A stretch of DNA of 64,000 bases from Spirochaetia bacterium (GCA_965226055.1 CBDDCA010000004.1:152695-216694), one strand, 5' to 3'. Counted from the stretch's first letter, positions 37,628 to 48,247 are shown. Program-made: numbers and translations. Notes: a model not told the origin generated them from the sequence alone.

Positions 37628-39238
37628 ATGATTATTCGCGGTATAGAATCTATTGGTGAGCAGGAAGGCACGCCGTCAGCACATGAGCAACATAGTCGAG
37701 AAGTAAATACAAGCCATACTCATGGAGCTTTTTCAGGAAACATGCCTGAAAGAGAAAATGGTGTCTCAGGCACATCGCAAGGAGCAACTGCTCCTGCTAA
37801 TACCATTGTAAATAATAGCACTATTGATACCTCTGTGTCAAACTCCGAGTTATTTTATAAGAAACGCGTTATTGGTGGAATAGAGAGTGCATTTAGTCCC
37901 ACAAAGATAGCCGTTATTGGTGTTGGTGGAGGCGGAGTAAATGCAGTAAGCAGTATGGTAGACTTAGAATTAGATGGCATAGACCTGTGGGCTGCAAATA
38001 CCGATGCTCAAACCTTAAGCGACTGTCCCGTGAGTAATGTCATATTGCTTGGTTCTAAATCCTGTAATGGTCTCGGAGTAGGAGGAGATCCACAACGGGG
38101 AGCCGAAGCTGTGTATGAAATGCAAGAGGATATTGGTGGTGTACTAAAAAACTATGACATGATATTTCTTGCCACAGGCTTAGGAGGAGGAACAGGCTCT
38201 GGAGCTATTCCTGTACTTGCAAAAATAGCACGGGATAGTGGCGTACTTGTTGTCTCTATTGTTACTATGCCATTTCTCTACGAAGGACAGAAAAGACAAA
38301 GCAATGCCGAAAACAGCTTAGAAGAACTAGAAGAATTTACAGACGCGCTGATAATAGTGCCTAATAACAGCCTTATCACTACCAGTGCTTCTCGTTCTGA
38401 TGTGTTTGTGGAAGATAGCTTTCATACTGCCAATAAGATTTTGTCAGATACCGTTAGCTCCATTACTAATATTCTCACTACAAGAGGACGTGTCAATATT
38501 GATTTTGCAGATATTAAAAGCTGTATTCAAAATTCTGGTCTTATTTCGGTTGGCATTGGAGAATCGAATATTGAAGAAAGTCATGGAGGCAATGCTCACA
38601 GAGCCACTGAAATAGCCCTTACAAATAAATTGCTTTCCGAAGAGAACGCACAGGTACTTTCGTATGCAGACAATATTATTGTAAATGTTGTGCTAGGAAA
38701 GAGCTGTCCTATGCATGATTATGCCGCTATTACAGATATGATTATTTCACGTACCTCTGTTAAGCCAAGCAATATAAAAACAGGACATCGTTTTGAATCC
38801 ACATGGGATCATAAAGTGCAAGTTACCATCATTGCAGCATCCAGCTTAAAAAGTCATGGAAAAAAAATAGTCAATCCCAACAGAAGCATGAGCAGTGCAA
38901 GGAGCATGCCCGTACATGATACAGGCAGGCATGCTACTGTCAATCACGTGCCTACCTCTGTAGCTCCAGCACATGATACCGTGTACTCACACGCGTACAC
39001 TGAAGAACAAGCAGCACATAACAATAGTCCTCCATATCCCTACGATAGAGAAAAAAGAGACATCAGTTTACAAGGCATGTACGAAACCTCTGACTCGGAT
39101 CAAAAATATATAGACAGCGATGTATTTCGCTCGTTGATAAATCAGCCCATAAGAGATGTCAATGAAATTTTACAGGAAGAACTTGACACGATGAAAAAAA
39201 CAACACCAGTGCAACAGTATTCTGATATCATTCCATAA
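37628..39238 (+). CDS. ftsZ: cell division GTPase FtsZ with long N-terminal extension
   Basis: VIGVGGGGVNAV, ANTDAQ, GLGGGTGSG, PFLYEG.KR, VPN, NIDFADI. Confidence 0.92.
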   Translation: MIIRGIESIGEQEGTPSAHEQHSREVNTSHTHGAFSGNMPERENGVSGTSQGATAPANTIVNNSTIDTSVSNSELFYKKRVIGGIESAFSPTKIAVIGVGGGGVNAVSSMVDLELDGIDLWAANTDAQTLSDCPVSNVILLGSKSCNGLGVGGDPQRGAEAVYEMQEDIGGVLKNYDMIFLATGLGGGTGSGAIPVLAKIARDSGVLVVSIVTMPFLYEGQKRQSNAENSLEELEEFTDALIIVPNNSLITTSASRSDVFVEDSFHTANKILSDTVSSITNILTTRGRVNIDFADIKSCIQNSGLISVGIGESNIEESHGGNAHRATEIALTNKLLSEENAQVLSYADNIIVNVVLGKSCPMHDYAAITDMIISRTSVKPSNIKTGHRFESTWDHKVQVTIIAASSLKSHGKKIVNPNRSMSSARSMPVHDTGRHATVNHVPTSVAPAHDTVYSHAYTEEQAAHNNSPPYPYDREKRDISLQGMYETSDSDQKYIDSDVFRSLINQPIRDVNEILQEELDTMKKTTPVQQYSDIIP

Positions 39239-39241
39239 TCA

Positions 39242-40141
39242 TTGACTGCACCCATTCCTGTTTACGATATATTTGATATGTATGTTGATTTTCTCGTGAT
39301 AGAAAAACAACATCTTCCCTTGACAATAGAAACATATAAACAAGAAATTCGTTTTTTTTGTGGTTTTCTTGAACAGAACGCTCTGCATGTACAAAATGTA
39401 TCTCTTGATGTTATTCAATCCTACATTATTGAAAGAAACACTAAAAAAGAATTATCAGGAAAAACAATAAATAAAATAGTGTCTACGCTAAACAGCTTTT
39501 TTCTTTTTTGTATAAAAGAAAAACATGTGCATCAAAATCCATTACAATTTTTATCAAAAGCAAAAACTACCATAACATACCCAAATGCTATGACAGAACA
39601 ACAAGTACAGACCGTGTTAGAAAGCATTGATGTTTCTACGGTGTTAGGGCTACGCGACAAAGCCATTTTTGAATTGATCTATGCATGTGGGTTACGAATA
39701 CATGAAGTGGTAAATTTACAATTATCTTCCTTGTTTCTTGATGATGAGTATATTGTTGTGCATGGCAAAGGAGATAAGATTCGTATTGTTCCTGTGGGAG
39801 AACAAGCAAACGATGTATTACAGTCGTATCTACAAAGAGGACGTCCTAAACTCATACAAGTTGGAATACAATATTCCAATGTGTTCTTAAATTATCGTGG
39901 AGAACCCATATCTCGTAAAGGTATTTGGAAAAAATTTAAGGCATTGCTAGGTCCAGAGCTAAAGCATTTTAAGGTGCATAGTCTACGGCATTCTTTTGCT
40001 ACGCATTTATTACAATCAGGCATGAATCTTCGGGCGGTGCAAGAGCTACTGGGACATGCTGATATTAGCACTACAAGTATTTATACAAATATTTCTGACA
40101 CTTCTCTTAAAAAATCGCATGCAAAATATCATCCCAAGTAG
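39242..40141 (+). CDS. xerD: tyrosine recombinase XerD-like
   Basis: [49 protein letters not shown]. Confidence 0.88.
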   Translation: MTAPIPVYDIFDMYVDFLVIEKQHLPLTIETYKQEIRFFCGFLEQNALHVQNVSLDVIQSYIIERNTKKELSGKTINKIVSTLNSFFLFCIKEKHVHQNPLQFLSKAKTTITYPNAMTEQQVQTVLESIDVSTVLGLRDKAIFELIYACGLRIHEVVNLQLSSLFLDDEYIVVHGKGDKIRIVPVGEQANDVLQSYLQRGRPKLIQVGIQYSNVFLNYRGEPISRKGIWKKFKALLGPELKHFKVHSLRHSFATHLLQSGMNLRAVQELLGHADISTTSIYTNISDTSLKKSHAKYHPK

Positions 40142-40202
40142 TATATAATATATACGCTACTTTCTGTTTCTATAAGAAGCACAGATATAAGCAGATGATG
40201 AA

Positions 40203-41093
40203 ATGAGAGAAATACAAAGAGCACTCTTTTTACAACATATACCGTTTCTCAAGCCTATTGAGAGGCTACGCGTGTATCACACAAAACATACACTGCAAAC
40301 TATGGCAACATGGGAAAAATGCGATTGGGAATTACAAGTAGGAAGAGCAATACGAAGTAGTAAGGCGACATCATCTCTCTTTTCTCAATCTGTCTTAAAA
40401 AGAGTTGATTTTGATCTATGGTGGGTAAACAGTGGAAGAGGATGGCTGTGCTGTATAAGTGATACCGAATACCCTGAATTATTGCGGCATATTCCTGATC
40501 CTCCGTTGCTGTTGTATGGAAAAGGAAATAAAACTGCATTATCAAATACTTGTATTTCAATAGTAGGAACACGCAGTCCCGATGCCTTTGGTACATGGGC
40601 ATCGCAACAGCTAGCTCATCATTGTGTAGAAAAAGGAATGACTATTGTCTCTGGGCTTGCCTATGGTATTGATGTTGCATCTCATAAAGCAGCACTTGAA
40701 AAACAAGGACCATGCATAGCAGTGCTAGGAACAAGCATAGATTATGTGTATCCTAAAGTGCATAAAAGTATAGCTATAGATATTCTTAACAATAATGGAG
40801 CAATCATTAGCGAAATAGCTCCAAGAAAGCAGACAGCAAAATATCGTTTTATTGGCAGAAATAGAATCATAAGTGGAATGTCAATGAATACTATCATTGT
40901 GCAAGCTCCTCACTCATCAGGTGCTTTAGCTACAGCAGATTTTGCGTTAGAGCAAAATAGAACAGTATTAGTACACCGTGCAGGAATTCAAAATGCGTTT
41001 ATGGGAAGTGTTAGATTATGGCAAGATGGAGCTACCGTATGTTCGTGGGGAGATACATTTTCGCTTGTCAATGTTGAAACTACAATACTATAG
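40203..41093 (+). CDS. dprA: DNA processing protein DprA/Smf
   Basis: YPELLRHIPDPP.LLY, IVGTR, VSGLAYGID, FIGRNRIISG, SGAL.TA. Confidence 0.95.
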   Translation: MREIQRALFLQHIPFLKPIERLRVYHTKHTLQTMATWEKCDWELQVGRAIRSSKATSSLFSQSVLKRVDFDLWWVNSGRGWLCCISDTEYPELLRHIPDPPLLLYGKGNKTALSNTCISIVGTRSPDAFGTWASQQLAHHCVEKGMTIVSGLAYGIDVASHKAALEKQGPCIAVLGTSIDYVYPKVHKSIAIDILNNNGAIISEIAPRKQTAKYRFIGRNRIISGMSMNTIIVQAPHSSGALATADFALEQNRTVLVHRAGIQNAFMGSVRLWQDGATVCSWGDTFSLVNVETTIL

Positions 41094-41172
41094 TTGAATG
41101 CTGATATAGATAGTGTCATGCAAGATATGTTTTATTATAGGCAAGCATTATGTCGATAAATACTATAGTAAG

Positions 41173-42186
41173 ATGCAACAAATATCAGAACAGCATAGTA
41201 ATCCTATACCATCTCATATAGAAGCGTTACTGAGAGCATATATAAGTGAACTCTATACTATTAGAAAATTAAGCAAGCATACCTTAGTAGCATATAAAAC
41301 AGATGTCCTTCAGCATCTTGTATGGCTTACTGACAAAAAGAGAGACATACGTAGCGTAGATAGCACAATCTTACGAAGCTACTTACGATTTTTATCAGAT
41401 AAAAAAATAGCCAAGAGCAGTATCAATAGAAAAATGGCTGCATTAAGAGGGTTTTTCTCACTGTTACAGCGAGATGGGTATTGTACGCATAACCCTTTTT
41501 TGCAGTTTCATTCTCTAAAGAAAAAAAGACACATACCAAAAGTATTTTCGCGAGAGCATATTGAGAAAATAATAGAGTATCCAGCATACACATTTTTTGA
41601 TGTAAGGGATAATGCACTGTATTTTTTTCTTTACTCTACAGGATGCAGAATATCAGAGGCTTTATCTCTCACCGTATATTCAGTGTCTATGGTACGGCAA
41701 CCCAATATACAAAAGAGCGGTGAAGCATCATCTTCTTTTTCTCGTAATGATACTACTGGCAGTAATATTTCTATTCCCATTATAGGAAAAGGGAACAAAC
41801 AGCGTTTTGTGTTTATAAGCAAGGCATGTGCTGTACGCCTTGCCCAGTACCTTAACGAAAGAGAACAATACTTGTCACAGAGAAACATACAACAGGACGC
41901 ATTGTTTATCAATGCAAAAGGAGGGAGGCTTGGCAGGAAAGGAGTAGCGTATAACTTAGAAAGAAGGCTCTTAAAGACAGAGATTCCACAGTTTCATTCC
42001 CATTCGTTTCGGCATTCTTTTGCTACTCATCTATTGGATAATGGCTTAGGCATTAGAGAATTACAATCTATGCTAGGGCATAGTAGTATCAGCACTACGC
42101 AGATATATACTCATATTAGTAAAAAACAGCTTTTTGCACAATATAAAGAGAAACATCCAAGGGCGAAACGAGAATCAAGTATATAA
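41173..42186 (+). CDS. xerC: tyrosine recombinase XerC-like (start ATG 41173 preferred over GTG 41113)
   Basis: [58 protein letters not shown]. Confidence 0.88.
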   Translation: MQQISEQHSNPIPSHIEALLRAYISELYTIRKLSKHTLVAYKTDVLQHLVWLTDKKRDIRSVDSTILRSYLRFLSDKKIAKSSINRKMAALRGFFSLLQRDGYCTHNPFLQFHSLKKKRHIPKVFSREHIEKIIEYPAYTFFDVRDNALYFFLYSTGCRISEALSLTVYSVSMVRQPNIQKSGEASSSFSRNDTTGSNISIPIIGKGNKQRFVFISKACAVRLAQYLNEREQYLSQRNIQQDALFINAKGGRLGRKGVAYNLERRLLKTEIPQFHSHSFRHSFATHLLDNGLGIRELQSMLGHSSISTTQIYTHISKKQLFAQYKEKHPRAKRESSI

Positions 42187-42321
42187 ATTTCCACTATAAG
42201 AATAATAAAAGAGGATGCATAGAAATTATATATTTCATTATACTAGTATATATAGGCTAATTTTACGAGTATTCAAGGCCTAATTTCTATTTTTTTTTGA
42301 TAATTTTTTTCATTTTTACAC

Positions 42322-42374
42322 TTGAATTTGAAACGCCTCTATATATAATGATATATAATGTATAATACATTATA
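42322..42374 (+). promoter_or_regulatory. sigma70-like promoter (TTGAAT-N16-TATAAT) followed by a perfect 10-1-10 palindrome
   Basis: TTGAAT 42322-27, TATAAT 42344-49; TATAATGTAT-A-ATACATTATA 42354-74. Confidence 0.55.
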
Positions 42375-42400
42375 AAAGACAGTAAAAAGGAAGGTTTAAA

Positions 42401-43249
42401 ATGAAACTCAAAACCATAGTATCAATGTTACTTATCGTGATAGCATTGTCTACAATGTTAGTAAGCTGTGAAATAGAATCAGATAGTAGCACCGCATCTG
42501 GTACAGATCCTGTTTCGTTAGTACTCCCAATCAACAAGAGTATCAGTCCTGCTATAGAGGTAGCATTGCCTGATCACAAAACAGGTGATAGCTATACTAT
42601 AGAACCGAGCTTGCCGAGTGGGATAACAAAAAAATCATCTTCACTAGGCATATCTTTGTCAGGCACGCCAGATAATAACCGAAACAGTAAGTTTGAAGAT
42701 TTAACTAAAAAAGTAATAAACTACACTGTCAAAAGAAATAGTAAAGCAATAGCCTCTTTTGATATGAGATTAGCGTATACTAAGACTCCAACTACTACGG
42801 CAGAATTAAAAAAAATGATAAGGGACGCAGTAGACACAGATGGAAATGGTTCTGCTGATAATGATACCCCTAATCTGCTCCATATAGATACGAGTAATAT
42901 TACTGATATGAAAGAATTATTAGGTTCTTTTGTAAAAAGTGATGAGACTTTCTTTTTCAATTTTAATGGGAGAGTATCAGGATGGGATGTAAGTAATGTA
43001 ACTATAATGAAAGGGATGTTTAGAAATTCAACCAGCTTTGATAGAGATATAGGAAATTGGGATGTAAGTAAAGTAACGGATATGTCAAATATATTATCTT
43101 TGTCTGCAGGATATGATAAAAATCTCTCTAAATGGAATGTAGCGAAAGTAACCGCTTGTAAATATGCCTTTAATGCAACAATTAACTCATCTTTATTGCC
43201 TAAATGGGCTAATAGTTGTCTTACTAAAAATACATACGAGAGTCCATAG
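42401..43249 (+). CDS. surface lipoprotein with DUF285/BspA-type repeats
   Basis: Lipobox LVS-C; repeats DTSNITDM, WDVSNVTIMKGMF, WDVSKVTDM, WNVAKVT. Confidence 0.88.
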   Translation: MKLKTIVSMLLIVIALSTMLVSCEIESDSSTASGTDPVSLVLPINKSISPAIEVALPDHKTGDSYTIEPSLPSGITKKSSSLGISLSGTPDNNRNSKFEDLTKKVINYTVKRNSKAIASFDMRLAYTKTPTTTAELKKMIRDAVDTDGNGSADNDTPNLLHIDTSNITDMKELLGSFVKSDETFFFNFNGRVSGWDVSNVTIMKGMFRNSTSFDRDIGNWDVSKVTDMSNILSLSAGYDKNLSKWNVAKVTACKYAFNATINSSLLPKWANSCLTKNTYESP

Positions 43250-43256
43250 TATATAT

Positions 43257-43285
43257 TTGACATACAAAAAATTATTGAATATACT
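43257..43285 (+). promoter_or_regulatory. consensus sigma70 promoter
   Basis: TTGACA-N17-TATACT. Confidence 0.75.
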
Positions 43286-43313
43286 TATAGTGATATAAAA
43301 AGAGGAACATGCA

Positions 43314-43583
43314 ATGGAGGAAGAACAAGAAGAAGTAAAAAATAAAGCTATAGATACTGTAAAACAAAAAAATCATAGCATCGTTGATTGGATGATAGTG
43401 CTTTTGTTATCTGCTGTACCTATAGTAAATATAATAATATGGTGTATATGGGCTACTGATACATATGATAAAGAAAAGAAAAATTTTGCGATAGCACAAT
43501 TACTATTGTCAGTTATACCTGTAGTAATACTATCAATACTTATAATTGTTTTCTCAGATATTATTGCTAATAGGGTCTATTAG
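43314..43583 (+). CDS. small 2-TM membrane protein
   Basis: S..DWM..LLL.AVPIVNII...IWA...KKNFA.AQL pattern; SD AGAGGA. Confidence 0.75.
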   Translation: MEEEQEEVKNKAIDTVKQKNHSIVDWMIVLLLSAVPIVNIIIWCIWATDTYDKEKKNFAIAQLLLSVIPVVILSILIIVFSDIIANRVY

Positions 43584-43685
43584 AAAAATAGGGAGTATTA
43601 TTTTTGTTACAATAAAGAGCTATAATAAGTATTGATTATGGCTCATAAAAAGTATATATTTCTCTTTATGATATACTAGTAATAT

Positions 43686-44267
43686 ATGAATGATATATAT
43701 TTACAATCTTTACATGGCACTACTGGACAGGCACATACTATGCATGCCACTACAGTACTAGCCGTGCTTCGGGATAATGTTGTGGCTATGGCTTCTGACG
43801 GGCAAGTAACGCTAGGAAATACGGTAGTAAAGCATTCTGCTAAAAAAATTAGAAAGATACAAGAACATAATGTTTTAGTAGGGTTTGCAGGAAGTACAGC
43901 CGATGCTTTTTCTTTGTTTGAACGTTTTGAAGCTAAACTAAGTGAATACAAAACAGATCTTAGACGGGCTGCAGTAGAGCTTGCGAAAGAATGGAGAACA
44001 GACAAAGTACTGAGGCGTTTAGAGGCGATGCTGGTTGTTGCCAATAAAGACACTATGCTTATGGTTTCTGGTTTGGGAGATGTTATTGAGCCCGAACACG
44101 ATATTCTTGCGATTGGCTCGGGAGGATCTTTTGCATATGCAGCAGCGAAAAGCTTGTATGATAACACTCAGCTGGATGCTGAAACTATAGTACAAAAAAG
44201 TATGGAAATAGCTGCAGATATATGCATATATACTAATAATTCAATAACATTAGAGGTGATAAAATAA
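43686..44267 (+). CDS. hslV: ATP-dependent protease peptidase subunit HslV
   Basis: [43 protein letters not shown]. Confidence 0.97.
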   Translation: MNDIYLQSLHGTTGQAHTMHATTVLAVLRDNVVAMASDGQVTLGNTVVKHSAKKIRKIQEHNVLVGFAGSTADAFSLFERFEAKLSEYKTDLRRAAVELAKEWRTDKVLRRLEAMLVVANKDTMLMVSGLGDVIEPEHDILAIGSGGSFAYAAAKSLYDNTQLDAETIVQKSMEIAADICIYTNNSITLEVIK

Positions 44268-45622
44268 TGGCTTTTGAACATTCTCATCAAGATAGCATAA
44301 AAAAATTTATGGAACAGCTGACTCCAAGGGTAATAGTAGAGTACCTTGATAAATTTATTATTGGTCAGTCTGATGCAAAAAGAGCAATTGCGGTAGCATT
44401 ACGAAATAGATATAGAAGAATGATGTTGCCTCAAGAATTACGTGAAAGTATAAGTCCGAAAAATCTTCTTATGATAGGACCTACTGGGGTAGGAAAAACG
44501 GAGATTGCAAGGCGTATATCGCGTCTCATAGGAGCTCCTTTTATTAAAGTGGAAGCTACTAAATATACCGAAGTAGGGTATGTAGGACGTGATGTTGAGT
44601 CTATGATTAGAGATTTAATGTCTAATAGTCTCGGTTTAGTGAAAAAGGAAATGCAAGGCAGTAATAAGACGAAAATACAAAATCAGGTAGAAAAACGTGT
44701 ATTACAGGAAATTTTGCAGAGAAAGCATTCGTTCAATTTAGAATCTTTAACTGAGGAAGAAATAGCAAAAAAAATTGCAAATGGCGATTTTGAAGACAAA
44801 GAGCTTGATATTCAGCTTCCTGCAAGCAATCCTCTTAATGATATGATACAAGGAATAGGGATAGTAGGAGTAGAACAAAATATTCCCCCTGATTTATTTA
44901 AGATGTTTTCTGGCCAGAACAAGAAAAAGAAAGTAAAACTTTCAAAGGCTCGAGAAGTGTTTGAGCAAGAAGAAATGAATAAAATTGCTGATGAAGACAA
45001 GATTCAAGAGATGGCTAAATGGCGTGCCGAAGAAATGGGGATTATATTTATAGATGAGTTTGACAAAATAATTAGTTCTCAGTCAGTAAAAGGAAATGAA
45101 AGTGTAAGCAGAGAAGGGGTGCAAAGAGACATACTTCCTATCGTTGAAGGGTCGCAGGTGCAAACAAGATATGGTTTGATTGATACAAGTAATGTATTAT
45201 TTCTTGCGGCAGGAGCATTTCATCTTTCTAAACCAAGTGATCTCATTCCTGAGTTGCAAGGGCGTTTTCCTATTCGTGTCGAGCTAAAAGAATTACATCA
45301 GAGTGATTTTGTTCGTATACTTCATGATACGGAAAATTCATTAGTTGATCAATATTCAAAATTACTTTCTACTGAAGGGTTGCTTATTACTATGCAAGAT
45401 TCTGCTATACAAACTGTTGCTGAAATAGCTTATAAAATGAATACAGAATCAGAAAATATTGGAGCTCGCCGTTTATACACTGTAATGGAGAAATTGTTTG
45501 AGACTCTTATGTTTGATGCATCTGATATGGCAGATACTTCTCTTGTCATTGATACTGATTTTGTTCAGACTCAGCTAAAAGGAATATTTGAAGATATTGA
45601 TTTTTATAAGTATATTTTATAA
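44267..45622 (+). CDS. hslU: ATP-dependent protease ATPase subunit HslU
   Basis: GPTGVGKTEIARR, KVEATKYTEVGYVG, IDEFDK, REGVQRD, ELQGRFPIRVEL, NIGARRL. Confidence 0.98.
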   Translation: MAFEHSHQDSIKKFMEQLTPRVIVEYLDKFIIGQSDAKRAIAVALRNRYRRMMLPQELRESISPKNLLMIGPTGVGKTEIARRISRLIGAPFIKVEATKYTEVGYVGRDVESMIRDLMSNSLGLVKKEMQGSNKTKIQNQVEKRVLQEILQRKHSFNLESLTEEEIAKKIANGDFEDKELDIQLPASNPLNDMIQGIGIVGVEQNIPPDLFKMFSGQNKKKKVKLSKAREVFEQEEMNKIADEDKIQEMAKWRAEEMGIIFIDEFDKIISSQSVKGNESVSREGVQRDILPIVEGSQVQTRYGLIDTSNVLFLAAGAFHLSKPSDLIPELQGRFPIRVELKELHQSDFVRILHDTENSLVDQYSKLLSTEGLLITMQDSAIQTVAEIAYKMNTESENIGARRLYTVMEKLFETLMFDASDMADTSLVIDTDFVQTQLKGIFEDIDFYKYIL

Positions 45623-45661
45623 ATGTTTGTAAAAGGAATTATTATATAATGAGGTGTTAGC

Positions 45662-46885
45662 ATGGATTTTTTGAAACGTACATTTCGTTTGTGGTGGCAA
45701 GTACCAAGGAGTGTACACAATCGCCCTGAAAATCGTAAAGTTTCTTTTTTAGAGTTATTTTATGATCTTGTGTATGTTGTTGTAATTTCAGCATTAACGC
45801 ATGCCTTAGCTGAGGATATTACTGTTACTGCGTTTATTCAATTTTTATTTTTGTTTATGTTTGTTTGGTGGACATGGGTAAATGGTACTTTTTATCATGA
45901 ATTGCATGGAAATAACGATATTCGTACTCGTGTGTTTACATTTTTACAAATGCTAGTAGTAGCATCTATGGCAGTTTTTGCTCACGATGCTTTTGGAGAG
46001 CAAGCTGATAATTTTACTATAGCGTGTATTACACTGCAAGTAATTTTTTTGTTTCTTTGGTGGCGTACTGGGGTGCATGATGAAGAGCATCGTGTGCTTT
46101 CTCGTCCTTATATAATTTCAACTTTTTTGAATATCATACTGTTTGTGATTTCTCTCTTTTTAGAATCTCCCCTACGGTATTATGTGTGGATAGCGGCTGT
46201 ATTGTTATATATGATAATGCCATTTTTAGTTGCAGGAATTTCAAGATACAATCAAGATATGCAAGCACAACGTGAGGTAGTGTACAGCCCTTCGGAGTCA
46301 GTTGTTGAGCGATTTGGCTTATTTACTATTATTGTTCTTGGAGAAGTAATTGTAGGAGTGGTAAATGGAATTACAAGTCATCATGCTTGGACTATGTATA
46401 TAGGTACTATAGGGGGCATAGGCATGTTAATTGCTATTGGGTTATGGTGGTTGTATTTTGATTTTGTTTCAAGTCGTCTTCCTAAGAGACAGTTTTTTTT
46501 GATTTGGGTATACACGCATTTGATTGTAACAGGAGGCATAGCTACCATTGGTGCTTTGATATTATATATAATGAAACACCCACAGGACGATTTGCCTAAT
46601 TTTGTACGAATGCTCTTATCAAGTGCTATTGCAGTAACATTGATGGGAATTTTTGTTCTTATGGGGACAGTGCAATCGCCAGTAAAATGTGCGAGATTTC
46701 GTGTAGTAGGACAATATGTTATTGCATGTATTACTGTAGTAATTGTTACGCTTGGATTTTTTACTGTACCAGCACTATTGTTGTTGATAGCTATTGATGT
46801 TTTATTATTGTTTCCTATAGTGTTTGGAGTTTTGTTCTGGGTACGTAATATGGAAGAAATGAATATGATTCAAGCTCCTGCATAA
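45662..46885 (+). CDS. ltrA: low temperature requirement protein A family membrane protein
   Basis: RKVSFLELFYDLVYV, WWTW, ERFGLFTIIVLGE, WWLYFD. Confidence 0.9.
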   Translation: MDFLKRTFRLWWQVPRSVHNRPENRKVSFLELFYDLVYVVVISALTHALAEDITVTAFIQFLFLFMFVWWTWVNGTFYHELHGNNDIRTRVFTFLQMLVVASMAVFAHDAFGEQADNFTIACITLQVIFLFLWWRTGVHDEEHRVLSRPYIISTFLNIILFVISLFLESPLRYYVWIAAVLLYMIMPFLVAGISRYNQDMQAQREVVYSPSESVVERFGLFTIIVLGEVIVGVVNGITSHHAWTMYIGTIGGIGMLIAIGLWWLYFDFVSSRLPKRQFFLIWVYTHLIVTGGIATIGALILYIMKHPQDDLPNFVRMLLSSAIAVTLMGIFVLMGTVQSPVKCARFRVVGQYVIACITVVIVTLGFFTVPALLLLIAIDVLLLFPIVFGVLFWVRNMEEMNMIQAPA

Positions 46886-46933
46886 TTTTATGCGATACAA
46901 GAAAATAATGCTGTTTATGTAGTAATAAGTAGC

Positions 46934-48247
46934 TTGTGGAGTCATATGAAATTTTTGATATATGTTATAGTACTATTAAGTGTAGTTTCTTTTAATGCAC
47001 ATGCGTATCTCGATCCTGGTTCAGGCAGTATGTTTCTGTATGCTCTTATTGGCATACTGAGTACTTTATTGTATGCATTTAAGAATGTGTATTATAAGAT
47101 TGTCTTATTTTTTAGTGGCAAAAAAATAAGTATAGGTACTGATATGCAGGATGTAAATATTATATTTCATTCTGAAGGAGGGAAATATTGGCATGTATTT
47201 GCATCTGTTATAGAAGAGCTTGATAAGAGAAATATAAAGATAGCATATATAAGTCCCGATCCAGATGATCCTGCTCTTGCGTATGCATCAGAGAATGTAA
47301 TAGTAAAAATAGTACCTTCTAGTATGCAAGCATATATGTATATGAAGCAAGTAAAAGTTCCTGTAGTGGTGTCTACTACTCCTCAGCTTGATGTATATAT
47401 GTTTACTCGTTCTAAACATGTTTCACATTATGCACATATTATACATGCTCCTACTGATGTGTATCTCTATAAAAAATTTTCTTTTGATTTCTATGATTCT
47501 ATTTTATGTTCAGGTCCTCATCAAATACAACATCTTCGTGATATTGAAGATAAAAGAAATACAGCACGAAAAAGATTGTTTGAAACAGGTTGTACATATT
47601 ATGATATATCTGCTCCTGTTTCTCATTTGAATTTTCAGAGAAAAATATCCCATGATAAAAAGATAACAGTGCTTTTTGCTCCTACATGGGGAGAAGCAAG
47701 TATTCTTACTAAATATGAGTATACACTGTTTGAAATATTGTTTGGTGATCCTGATATTGCTATTATATTTAGACCTCATCCGCAGATGAAAATATCTCAG
47801 TCACAATTATATGATAGGATTACCTCTTCATTATCTCAACATTCTTGTGTTAGTATTGATGAGGAAAGAGAGAATACAAAAGCCATACAGCAAGCAGATG
47901 TACTTCTTTCAGATATATCAGGTATCATATTTGATTTTGCTTTTTTACAACAGAAGCCTGTAGTGACAATACAAGAAAACACAATGTATAGTGAAAAAGG
48001 GTATGATGGAGAAGGGCTTATTCCATTTCAGGAAGTATGGGAGTATACACAGAGAAATGTATTAGGTCCTACAGTAGCAGAACAAGATATGCATATGTTA
48101 CCTCGTATTATAAGGGATACTATAGTTAATAGTAGTACATATACAAAGAATATTCATAAGTTACGAGAAAGTTCTGTGTATAATTTTGGTTCAGCAGGAA
48201 AGGTAGCTGCTGATCAGTTACAGGGAATACTAAAGGAGTTATCGTGA
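46934..48247 (+). CDS. CDP-glycerol glycerophosphotransferase (TagF/TagB-like) with signal peptide + YLDPGSGS + TM leader (start probably ATG 46946)
   Basis: AHA/YLDPGSGS; TTPQLD, IIHA, LFAPTWG, FRPHPQ, ADVLLSDISGIIFDF. Confidence 0.85.
   Translation: MWSHMKFLIYVIVLLSVVSFNAHAYLDPGSGSMFLYALIGILSTLLYAFKNVYYKIVLFFSGKKISIGTDMQDVNIIFHSEGGKYWHVFASVIEELDKRNIKIAYISPDPDDPALAYASENVIVKIVPSSMQAYMYMKQVKVPVVVSTTPQLDVYMFTRSKHVSHYAHIIHAPTDVYLYKKFSFDFYDSILCSGPHQIQHLRDIEDKRNTARKRLFETGCTYYDISAPVSHLNFQRKISHDKKITVLFAPTWGEASILTKYEYTLFEILFGDPDIAIIFRPHPQMKISQSQLYDRITSSLSQHSCVSIDEERENTKAIQQADVLLSDISGIIFDFAFLQQKPVVTIQENTMYSEKGYDGEGLIPFQEVWEYTQRNVLGPTVAEQDMHMLPRIIRDTIVNSSTYTKNIHKLRESSVYNFGSAGKVAADQLQGILKELS

Noticed and set aside
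39236-39244. ftsZ and xerD in the same frame across TAA-TCA-TTG (possible read-through)
   Set aside because: Both are complete, normally separate proteins, and a shared frame has a 1-in-3 chance
39242-42186. Two tyrosine recombinases as signs of a prophage, integron or invertible element
   Set aside because: Their size, motifs and ftsZ/dprA/hslVU context fit housekeeping XerD and XerC; no att sites, cassettes or phage genes were seen
42348-42375. dif-like site (ATAA-TGTATA core) near xerC
   Set aside because: The XerD arm matches only about half of TTATGTTAAAT and the XerC arm is poor; it is better explained as an AT-rich palindrome or promoter
42721-43263. 180-aa antisense ORF over the DUF285 gene, and similar long antisense ORFs (43676-44167, 53018-53623, 8565-9017)
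   Set aside because: They overlap well-supported genes almost entirely and have no motifs or RBS
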